From NCBI GenBank assembly GCA_951406725.2, contig OX597817.1, positions 2,232,001 through 2,296,000 of the forward strand: a stretch of DNA of 64,000 nt, given 5' to 3'. Made by a program: the position numbers and the translations under genes. The notes under the pieces were generated by a model. That model saw nothing but the letters and a program-made list of their open reading frames with translations, had not been told where the DNA came from and did no database searches. Source of the DNA: Octopus vulgaris (lineage: Eukaryota). This document shows positions 39,051 through 50,154 of the stretch, one piece after another; the stretch's first letter is position 1, and each line of letters begins with the position of its first letter.

Positions 39051-40215
39051 GATACGTATAATTTCCCTCAGTTTGGAAGTCTAGTAGCATTCATGCTAAA
39101 CAATGACGAACACTACGAAAAAATGAATGATTACAGTCCCACAAAAATAATGAAAATCCTCTTTTCACTAATCCAAACCCACGGAAAAGACCTAACTAAA
39201 AATAGACTATTTAACACACATTAAATGTAAACCCAGCCTATTCTATAGTCTACCAACAATTCACAAAAGTCAAACGATAAATGAAGCCATCAAAAGATCA
39301 CCAAAGGCATACATGCATACAACAGCAACAGGAGTCCTGAAATTGCGACCCATTGTAACTGGACTATCTTGTGAAACGCATCCATCGACTAAGTTGCCTC
39401 ATGGATATCCTCCTGAAACCATTTCTAAAATGCACCAAAATTTATATCAGAGATGACTTAGATATGTTAAATCACCTACCAGAAGAGGTCAAAGAAGAAA
39501 CCTTCATGGTTTCATTTGATGTGATAAACCTATACACTAACATACCATGCAGTTATGGAATAGAAGTAATCCGCTTCTGGCTGGACAAATAATATACCAG
39601 GAGTCCTTTTCAAAATTTGGTAACCACAATGGTTACCAAAATTTGGTAACCATTTTCTAAATTTGGGAAAAGAAAATTAGAAAAGATTTTTGGACAACTG
39701 CTTCAATCTCTGAAATGAAAATATAGATAAACTCCTGGAGTTCAAAAGACTCCTTAATAACATTAACATCAACATACAATTTACAATGGAATACAACGAA
39801 GAACTCCCATTCTTAGACATACTGTTTAAAAAATAATCAAAAAGAAAATAGAAACGGACATTTTTTACAAAACCACATACGCTAAACAATACTTGTTCAT
39901 GCTAACTGAGACATATCAAAATAAATACCCCATCTATTGAAGATAATATTGATATAAGCCAGAATCAAATACAAAGCAATATTAGAAATTACAGACTTAC
40001 TTCCCCTTTAATGAAAAATACCTTGGTTACCAATGATTCATCGCAGCAAACAAAATTCAGAACTCCAAATTGTATCCAACACTCAAACTTTTGAGAAGCT
40101 TTAGCAAAACCGGTTATATTATGTTGGAAGAAGAAAATCTTATTTTGTATAATGTATTATAATTTTGCTATGATGATTCGAATATATTCTTTAGTCGTGT
40201 AAAATAAATCTGTTT
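39050..40215 (+). mobile_element. Penelope-like element RT fragments plus 3' region, opposite orientation
   Basis: LPTIHKS, LKLRPIV, YIRDDLDML, MVSFDVINLYTNIP, IQFTMEYNEELPFLDIL and ETDIFYKT. 39925-40215 is a diverged inverted copy of 38240-38535. Confidence 0.85.
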
Positions 40216-40320
40216 TTCCTTTTTTCTCTTTCCTTGTATATTCAACCACGTTGAATTAACCACCATACACTCTATCTCTCTCTCTCTCTCTCTCACACAC
40301 ACACGCATATATATATATAT

Positions 40321-40540
40321 AACGGGAAGCTTTATGAAAATAGACAAAAGACGAAGACAGGTGGGAAACAAACAAACAATTGTATATATATATATATATG
40401 GTCCAAAACTGTACAAAAAGAAAACAAGAAGACAGGGACAAGTGAGAGTGAGGGGACAATAAACAAGGTGCATTAGATTGATTCTTAGGTAAAATGGATG
40501 AGTCTTTGACGTTTCGAGTCTACACTCTTCTACATGGAGG
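40321..40540 (-). mobile_element. Two short PLE terminal-repeat-like pieces in (TA)n, one with a partial hammerhead-like motif
   Basis: The two pieces share gaagacagg...aaacaa. Minus 40535-40503 reads AUGUAGA-a-GAGU-GUAG-ACUC-GAAA-C-GUC. Confidence 0.45.
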
Positions 40541-42368
40541 AATGAGGGGAAATACAGGGATTAGCGGTTTTACATGCTGCCATCGAAACCGCTAATATCG
40601 AAGGTAAGAAAGAATGGTCAATAACGTATTGCGGGGTAAATACAATAAGGTTTGGAGTCAAAATCTGTGAAACTCCACAATTATATGCACATACGGAGGC
40701 TCGAACAAAACACATATTGCAGTTGCAGATATGTATTTGGTGTGTGTATGTGAGTGTGTGTGTGTGTGTGTGAGTGCCAGTGTACCTATGCGACACTGAG
40801 CGTGTGTGTGAGTGTATGCGTGTATGTGTTTGTTTGTGTGTGTTGTGTGTGTGCACATTTTATATAGATGTGCATGTGCACATACGTGTGTACTTATAAT
40901 TATAAATTTGAATGTGCATGAACGTCTTCACACGAAATGATTAATCAATTCATATCGAACATACCGCTGGCTGATATCAATTTAATCAATTTATGGTGAG
41001 CGCAATTCCTGACAAACATTTCATGGCTAATGTAAGGGAGATAACAATTAGTATTTTCTTATACGTTACCTCCCATGATCTATATATTTATTGTACAGGG
41101 GGTATGTAGGCGCTATTCGAAAGCTGAAAAATGCGAAGCGCATCGTGACGAGCAGTATATAACAGCATCCGATGGTCTGTTTGGTACCGTGATACACACA
41201 CAGACACATACGATACATACATCATACATACAGACATGCTCAGCCGCTACACGCAAGTGAATATGGTTTGATAGCTTGAAGCACCCGCTTCAGGTGCCTA
41301 TTCAGGTACGTATTTAGGTACCTACATATTCTTTTAGATGACAGTGTAGTCACGTTTAAACAGACTTTCACTTGCCGCCCCCATCCTTGCTCCATTGTGT
41401 ATATGACAGTTGAAGAGAGAGAATGATGCACCAATTCTAGGCTGGTACAACTGAGTTGTAAGATAAAGAGAAATGCGGAGTTATATTCAAGGGTACAACG
41501 AGCCACCATGTCTAAAAATCGAACCTACAACTTTATGATCAACAGCCCAACACCCTTACCTCTAGACCACATGTCTTCATAAATTCATACACACACATTA
41601 CATATATACGTACATACTAGAAAGTGTATTGTATCCTTTCAAGACTTCGACAAAATGCTCGCATAACAACCCAGACGGGATGAACTGGGACGTAAACTAG
41701 AAATTATGTACAGAAGTTAAAATCAGTTGCTTTGTAGACGTTGACGTAATGTTAATGAAAAGATTAGAGGAAAAGAAAGCATGTATGCAGAACTGATGAG
41801 AAATTTGCAGTTACTCCATCCGGGTTACTAACTGCCTCAGTACCAATCTTGAGGAGTTGAATTTCATAAAATAGAAGGGGCAGATCTAATCTGGAGATTA
41901 CATCTACAGACTATCAAAAGAAATGCAAAACGTAGAACATTCAAGAAGTTTAGCATGTAATAAGATTCCCATACGCATTGACATCCATTCCTGCATTCAT
42001 GTCTGCCAATGACACACTCGCGATATACATACACCGAGATATAAATACATGCACACCCCCACATACGCATGCATACATGTGTGCAAGCATTCATACACAT
42101 ATACATGCATACATACATATATATTTGTGCACTTGATATAACGTCTTCATACTATCTCGATGTCATTACATCACAGATTTCAACTATGTCTGTAACTAAA
42201 TACTGCAAGGCATTTTGCTCGATGCTTTAACTATTGCACTAATTCGCCACTCTGAGTTGTGCAATAACAACATCCATCTACATTGACCCAACGGGAGGTG
42301 GAGGCTCGGGTTGCTAGAAGTAGAGAAAATTTTCTTTGCAAATTACACGTTCGCACTTTGAAAAATAA

Positions 42369-42531
42369 TGTGGCTGTGTCGTTGTGTCGTTGAGAAGCTT
42401 GTTACTCTGTCGTGAGGTCTTGGGTTCAATCCCACTCCACGGTACCTTAGACAAGTGTCGTCTACTATAGCTCCAGGCCGACCAAAGATATGTGAGCGGA
42501 TCTGATTCATGGAAACTGAAAGAAGCCCGTC
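42369..42531 (+). mobile_element. SINE family B 5' half, diverged
   Basis: gggttcaatcccact...ccttagacaagtgtc...ggaaactgaaagaagcccgtc. Confidence 0.7.
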
Positions 42532-42686
42532 ATTCATTAAGATAGTGCTTTTCGTGGTTATTGAGTTGTTTCGATTGTTATTTCTAGCAATACTGGCTCT
42601 GATTAGTGCTGCTGCCACTTTAGTGACGTATATATTCTGCCTTTAGGTTGTAAAATTGCGAATTAGCCACTCATATTATATATATA

Positions 42687-43625
42687 CAATACCGTGCAAA
42701 AGACTTCGGCCACTTTAAACTATTGTAAATTTCTACTAATTTCCAACTTGTAAATGGATGTTTCACATTGCAATTTTTACAGCCGAAACTTTAGCCCTGT
42801 TGGAGTCATTTCCATACCTAATGTTTTGTAGTAGGGATTCTGAATGACAGGAGAAGATGCGAGACGACTACCAAAAATGGCCGTTAAAAGGTTTTGGCAA
42901 CTTCACACAAACCAATCAAGATACAGTGTTTTAAAACAGAAAAATGTCTATAATGAAAATTTATTACATAATGTTCATTTCAAGAAGTTATTGTACATTG
43001 TTAACATTTCGTGTGGCTCCCCTTAGCTTGAATAATTACTTCAATGCGCCTAGGAAGAGATGCGTACAAAAGCTGGACGTTATCAAAGATAGCTTGAGAG
43101 GCGGTTGGATGGAACCTACACCCGCCTCCTTATGAGAGCTCAAAATCTCTCGTGGAAGCGCCATCCAACCAAATTGCAAATATATGGGAAACTACCACCC
43201 GTGTCATCTCTTGTGAAAGGTAAGAGAGTCCAGTTTGCTGGACATTGTTGTAGAGCTGAAAAAGAGGTAATTTCTACACTTCTCCTCTGGAAGCCATCTA
43301 CTCGCAATACCAGAGGGCGCACACTCTCCTACCCTGATGTAATCTCCAGGGATACAGGCATCCAGCAACAGGACCTCCGTAATGCCATGATGGACCGTGA
43401 AGTCTGGCGTAGCATAGTAGATTCCATTGTCTCGACCACGGTCGAACAATGATGAATGACAAATCCTTCACCATCTTCACAGGTATGAAATGCCATTCCC
43501 TGTGGCTGAGTTCCCTCAACTCTTCAAGATTGCGTGGATTCTTCTGACGAACACTTCTCTTTACCGCTGTCCACATTCGTTCCATGATATTTGAACCAGG
43601 GCTCTGTGCTGGCCAATCTTTATAT
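42687..43625 (-). mobile_element. Tc1-like transposon 3' part, split by an RTE insertion
   Basis: DWPAQSPGSNIMERMWTAVKR...PRNLEELRE...VKDL continues as YASLPRRIEVIIQAKGSHTKC* across the RTE. TIR-like ta-caataccgtgcaaaag at 42687. Confidence 0.8.
43070..43458 (+). mobile_element. RTE-type LINE 3' end, 5'-truncated
   Basis: ORF 43105-43452 DGTYTRLLMRAQNLSWK...RVQFAGHC...LLLWKP...MMDREVWRSIV with a short tga tail. acaaa occurs at both junctions. Confidence 0.85.
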
Positions 43626-43696
43626 CTAGATATAGACATAAATATAAATATATGCACATACATATATACATATATACATATTACATGTGCGTGTGT

Positions 43697-43738
<42 letters not shown>

Positions 43739-43779
43739 CTATGTGTGCGTGCGTGCGTGTGTGTGTGGTATTTGTTCCA

Positions 43780-43960
43780 ACATCGCATGACCACATGTGT
43801 TAGTTTGTTCACGTTCCTATAACTTAGCGGTTCGGCAATGAAAACTAGCTGAATCAACACGAGGCTTAAAAAATATGTACTGACGTGGATTTGTTCAATA
43901 AACCCTTCAAAGCAGCTGTCCGTCATGGCCGCAGTCCAATGACTGAAACAAGTAAAAGGT
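43780..43960 (+). mobile_element. SINE family B 3' half
   Basis: aacttagcggttcggcaa...catggccgcagtccaatgactgaaacaagtaaaag. Confidence 0.75.
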
Positions 43961-44484
43961 AAACGATAAAGATATATAACATAGTCCTGGGTGCACTTTG
44001 CTTGGTAAAAAGATATGATGTCCATGACTGAAATGTTTTTGACCAAAGATTTTGATCACCGGGACTGACCTTGTAGGTAAACAGCAAGAAAGATGACTAC
44101 CGCAATAATTTTCAGCAGTTCTATTACTCTACTTTTTAAGAAACGATACGAAAGGAATTCCCTTCTCACCTAATAAAAATTCTCATGCTTTCTGACTCAT
44201 ATTTGTGTCACATGCTAAAGCCAAACTGCTTGAAAAAAGAGTAAAATTCGGTTGACGCGTATGGGTAGGGGAGCCCTTAACAACCTCCTTTAAATAAACC
44301 GGATGTGGAGGAGAGTGCTTATTTCTGAAAATGCAAGAAATAGGGAGTTTTAAAGGTAGAATACATTTTTCGTACTCCTCCTCCTCCTGCTCCTCGTTAA
44401 CATGTTCACCTACTTCTATTAGAATTCTGTTGCTGTGATAGCAATATGAAGCACGCGCATATATACAAACTTGCATAGACGTTA

Positions 44485-44515
<31 letters not shown>

Positions 44516-44883
44516 CACACACACATATGCGCAGATAGACACTGCGGGGGGACTTCACGAATGCTATGTGAACTTCCTGTCACAATTTTTGTCTTCCCAA
44601 CCCTTTCTGCCAAACATGTCACATTTCAGATCAAATAAAGATAACAACTTTGAAAGACAGAAATGAAGAAATAACCACTAAGGACGCGAAAAGAAAGAAG
44701 AAAAGGAAAAAAACGGAGAAAGGAAAGAGAGAGAATGTAAGAAAGAAAAAAATAGAGAAAAATTACCGAATTGCAGATGCTTCAAATTAATCATTAAGCA
44801 AATGTAATGTACGAGGCAAATTAGTCTGCAACCAAAGCTCACCATATAATGTAGCAGAAGTTCTATTATTATTCTGTCTAGTG

Positions 44884-45098
44884 AGGCGGCGAGCTGGAAG
44901 AATTCTTAGAACGCTGAGCAAAATGCTTTGCGATATTTCGTCCGTCTTTAGGTTTTGAGTTCAAATTCCGCCGAGGTCAACTTTACTTTTCATCCTTTCG
45001 AAGTCGATAAAATAACCATCAGTTGAGCACTGGGGGTCGATGTAATCAACTTACGCCCTCCCCAAGAACTTGCTGGCCTTGTACCAAAACTTGAATTC
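44884..45098 (+). mobile_element. SINE family A
   Basis: ggcggcgagctggaagaa...gagttcaaattccgccgaggtcaactttacttttcatcctttcg. Confidence 0.85.
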
Positions 45099-46899
45099 AT
45101 TATTGTATTGAGTGAAAGAAATTCTAGAAATGGAAAGTGAGTTGTCTCTGTTGGCGTTTTGGTGAAAGATTAAACTTCAGGTTGACTTCTTGATTTCTTG
45201 GAACACTTATCTTTAACTAGTTTCTCGGTGCCTTTTCTAAAACACCCATCTTTAATTATATAGTGTTTCAACTACACACACTTTGCGAGCTAACACCGCT
45301 AATAGTATCTATACATTAAAATCAGAACAGCAGATCCGGCACCTTTTCTGTTCAAGGAAACATTGTATATACAAAATGGACTCATACATCTTTTTATATT
45401 CTAAGTTTGATTAAAATCTATGGATATGTTATGTAATACAGCACAGCATCAAAATAAAACAAAATAAAACACCAAGCAGTACTAATAGTAATAAATATCA
45501 GTATTAGTAAAGCTAAGTGGTCACTGTATATTATGTGCTTTGTTCATGGGCTCAGAAGGAGTATCTATGTGAACGCTCTATCGAATAGAAATAGTAGTTA
45601 AATCTCCATCAAATTACTAACTAAAGGGTTAAAAGGAAGGAGATGTTGGGCAATGTAGTCCACGGTATACTGAAACTCAAATAGTATAGTTATCGTTAAT
45701 TCTTCATGATGAGCACCAACTTGGGGCCAAATATAAAAAAAAAACTGCGCCCTATGACAAGGTAGCGAAATAGGTTGTACGCCACTCGGCTTGATAGAAG
45801 TAGTAGACAAACCGTTTTAAAATGTTATGTAATCGTTGTGGAAATAGGTTTTAAGGATTAAGAGTACATTCGGGTCCATGAGGCTGAAGTTGAGAAAGAA
45901 GTAATTAAGTGCTGGAAGCTTTGTTGCCGTGGGCTAAAAATATACGGGAAGCTTGTTCCTATGCACATCACCCACTTTTCTAAGACCGGTAAGGACACAT
46001 TAGATATTGTTGTCCTGAATGTACCAAAGCTGAATAAAGGATATGAGATAGTCACTCTGTTCTGTGAGGGAAGATACAGGTTCATGCCTTTCTAAAAGGG
46101 ATTTACGTTGTAGCAATTTAAACCTAACCAGAGCTTAAGTGGCAGAACATAATTAAAGATTGTCTGAAAATGAAATATATCTTCGGTTACTTAATTAAAA
46201 ACAAGATTAATGTTCAGAGACATACCACTGAGCAGCTGAATCTAATATCTACTGAGCTCTGTAATCCATGCAACCATACTGAACCAATGTTTATGGGTTC
46301 ATATACTTAAAGGCTCGTAAGTTCCCTCAAAATTCTAACTATATCACTATTTCTCTTATTCTCTCTTTCTCACTCACCCTCTCTTTCTCTAATTCCGTTA
46401 CATGTACTTATTCCCATCCCTGTTTTCTGTTGGTGTAGTCTGTTACAGATTAGGCCTATACATTTCAATCAACACTGTGAGATATTAAATTCATGAAATT
46501 AATTAAATATACTAGGCTATCATAAGCAATCATCTTTCTTATTTGTAATCTCCCTATAAACATAAAAAGAGGGAACAACTGATATCAATAAGGAATAGTA
46601 GATTGGCAAAACTGTGATTTCATTTATTGGGGTAAAGCACCCACAAAGTCTTACTAGGTATAAAAGCTGTTGTTCGCAATTTTTATGACCTTTTACAAAT
46701 TGAGTTATCTCTAGGTGGCAAGATCATGATGTTTCTTGCCGATCTTCGGCTAACATTTCTTAACTTAAAGATAGTTGGCAAAACTACTCTCGTAGCCTTA
46801 GTTTCAAATACATTCTTCATTTTGAAAATCTGCAACTTAGCTTATATATGAGAGTACAAAATGGAGAAGACAGTGAAACTAATTATTTCCAGTTTCGTG

Positions 46900-47110
46900 T
46901 TAGTGGAGGAAAGGACCAGCTGAACAACTGGATTCTGATGAAGAGAGTGAACAACAAGATGATGATGGAAAGTTTGAGATTCCAAAAGACAATGAGTTTG
47001 TGTGGAAACAATTCGAAATGAGAACTGAAGTTTTTGGTCATCTATTGGATAGTGTAAACGTCACAGAACGAGCAAGACTATTCTCTAGAAGAATCTGTTG
47101 AATTCAGGGC
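46900..47110 (+). pseudogene. Possible piggyBac-like transposase N-terminal fragment
   Basis: Open frame DSDEESEQQDDDGKFEIPKDNEFVWK...ARLFSRRI: an acidic tract followed by a KD...W pattern. The resemblance is weak. Confidence 0.3.
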
Positions 47111-48000
47111 GCTTCAAGGAATCTTCAATGGATTTATTTTTACTGAGGTAGACAACCACCAGGACCAGAAATTTTCGAGTTTTAACGAGTAATTCTACCC
47201 TTAAAAACTGCTGGGATCTAGTTTGTTTCATTCGATATGCCCCCTTTAATTTTGCTCAGATTGCTTTCAATTTTGGTGTATCGATGCAACCCTGAATTTT
47301 GATCTGATTTACGAGATAAAGGGTAATTTTAGCCAATCAACAGACAGCGAGGCATTAACAGCTTGTTACCATGACGACCGCACCTTGTGTGTGTTTCACT
47401 TCACCCGCGTGTTTTGTTTTAATAAAAAATTATATTTATCAATTAGAATTTTATTATAGATATTTTTCGTCAGTTGTCTTAATATTTTACATATTTCTCA
47501 TATATAGCAAAAGTTGTTTGCGATGTTTATACAGTTTCCGGCATTATTAAGGTGAATGGAATGTATGAACTTAGTACACAACGGCACATCCACACTTCAA
47601 GCACAGTTCTGACAAAGCATCGGTGACTCATCGACTCAGTATTGTCAAGCTTCAAGGTCTCATTGATTCAGAAAGCTGGATTCATGATTTCACTAGGTTA
47701 ATTCTGTTCATAAAAATTTAAATTAGGAGAATTTCTTAAACTGTTAGCTTCACATTTCAACAGCTTTACTGAAATTTAGCCCAGTTAACAGGAACTGAGA
47801 GGGATATCGTGGAACAGAGAAACTGTGGGTGATACAGATAATTTGACATTCTGTTTGAATTCTGCATGCAAAAACATATAGGATACAGGTATTCTATTTC
47901 TTGGAACAAATTCTTTGTTGAGCAGTATTGTTCTTATCGTAGTTTACAAATTCAAGCATGAAAACGTTACTCAACTTTGATGTTTTGGAGACAGATGCCC

Positions 48001-48049
<49 letters not shown>

Positions 48050-49362
48050 GCACTTATACATTAATGATGTACACAAATATATGACAGGTATACATAATAC
48101 TGAAATACGCATAAACATATGCTGACAGATATATTAATATAACAAGGTTTTAAAAAATAATAAAAGCATAAAGTCAATGAAGAGACAAAAGAAACAGTAA
48201 GATGATTCATGTTGATTTTTTAGGTATTTCTGTTTATTTAGAAACCTACAGTGTACGGGTAAGACGCTAAACTATAAATTTCATAGGGTACAACCTTAAA
48301 ATTGACACCGCTCCGCTAAACGCAGAAAATTTCTGTTTCGCTATTGGCTAAAAATATACAGTTTTTCCGAGTTTTAAACTTCTGTAACTTTTTCCTCCAA
48401 TTTTTTTCTCCACAGCATCATACCTTCATAGCAACGAGACTGGAAGACTACATTATTATAGCCGATTTTCAGATTTTTTACTTCCTTTTTAAAAATGCAT
48501 ATTTTGCGAATGAACAAAAATTAAATCCAACTACTGTTGCTAATTTTATAAATGAGGAAAGCATTGGCTGAAGATGATGGTGATTATTATAACGTAAGAC
48601 GAATAATTATATTGTGCTCAGGTAATGACTTAATTAATGAATGAAGAAAACCTTGCAAAATTTCCAAAACGGAAATGCAAAATAGCGAACTGTAACTTCA
48701 GTTGTCCACGACGGAAAAGGAACCGTCTGTACCACAGTAAATGCGCTAAGACGAAAAAGGTAAATCCACAACAATGAGACGATGTATCTCTAAAGTCGCC
48801 TAATGGAGTCAGTAAAGTGTTTCCCACGTACGAATCAATGTAAGCTTAAATAATATATGATGTTGAGATGAAAAACGTCACATGATAGAACTGTGTCCAC
48901 TTAAGCAATATTTTGTGTCGAGTGAACTGGAGTTGTGTCAGTGATGATGAAAGCAATGTGACAACTAGTGAATGGGCTCCTTAGATAGTTGGGATTTTAG
49001 TGGGGTTCGCTAAAATGCACCTTGTCGGAATTTAAAAGTAAATCAGCAAATATTTAGTAAACCGTTAACATCTTGTTTACGTCTGCTTCACATCGAATTA
49101 TTGTAATTGTCTCCTTTGTCTTTTCCTTTTTGTCTTCTTCCTTAGCAGCGTGTTTTGCTTAAACATCATCTGCTCAAAAGACAACTGACAAACGATCTTG
49201 TTCTTAGCTTGAAAAATAGCAGAACGAATTATTATTTCAACCAAGAAAATTTGGGCAGCTGTATTTAAAAAGATCAGTGGCTTTTATTATAACATTATCT
49301 TAGCTGATCGAGTACTTTTCTACTTTTTGAAGCCTTACCACGTAATATATATATATATATAA

Positions 49363-49700
49363 TTATTATTTGAGGGAATAAAATCCAAACTTACAAGGTG
49401 AAAGAATTCAATTTAGAAATACTAAATCAAATTCCACACAATATAATAAATATATAAAAAATATTAGAAAAAACCCACCTTTTATCAATTCGAAATGAAT
49501 AATTAAATTACACCATCTAGAAAATTACATATAATAGAAAAGTTAAAATTAAAATAACAATAAGTAAAGATTAAGTAAATTACAAAAGTAATAAAAATGT
49601 ATATAATAGGTAGAAAAACGACACGTGTTTCGCTGCTATATTTAAGAAATGATTATAGTAGTAGAGAAATTACTTCCATATAAATATAGTCGCTCATCAT
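49363..49700 (-). mobile_element. PLE terminal repeat in (TA)n with a 5'-clipped hammerhead
   Basis: Minus 49699-49614 reads UGAUGA-GC-ga-CUAUAUUUA-(loop)-UAAAUAUAG-ca-GC-GAAA-CACGUG-UC. Its end (agggaataaaatccaaacttac) resembles the reverse complement of 25430-25460. Confidence 0.7.
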
Positions 49701-49712
49701 TATATATATATA

Positions 49713-50093
49713 CTAGCAGTATCGCCCGGCGTTGCTCAGGTTTGTAAAGGAAATAACTATAAAGCATTTTTAGAGAGTTATAGCCAAAAAATAGCAAAAA
49801 AATGGAAAAAATGATGGTAAATTTTTTTGAGAGTAAAAAAGGTGGAGTTGCGTTCCCTAGACAGTTTGCGGTTTGTGTTTCTGATTCTCGACCCCATGTC
49901 GAATTTATCGATTTTTTTCAGAACTGGGGGAACTTTTCAAAATTTTCGCTGCGTTAGTTTTGAATTATGACATTGGGCTATGTGTGTGTCAAGTTTCATC
50001 AGAATCGGTTGAAAGCCGTGGTCAGGGTGAGGGTACAAGCAAACAGACACACAGAAACACGCACAGACAAACTGCCGTTTATATAGAGAGAGA
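49713..50093 (-). mobile_element. Non-autonomous Helitron (381 bp)
   Basis: On the minus strand it starts A|TC (tctctctctatataaa) and ends with a GC-rich hairpin (cctgagcaacgccggg) followed by CTAG|T, the canonical Helitron termini. Confidence 0.85.
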
Positions 50094-50154
50094 TAATATC
50101 TATACAGCCTTGGTTTTTTATCTTATTACGCAAAAAATTCTTATATATATATAT

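Noticed and set aside
48600-48790. Cys/Lys-rich stretch resembling a piggyBac C-terminal domain
   Set aside because: Cys spacing is incomplete and no termini were found.
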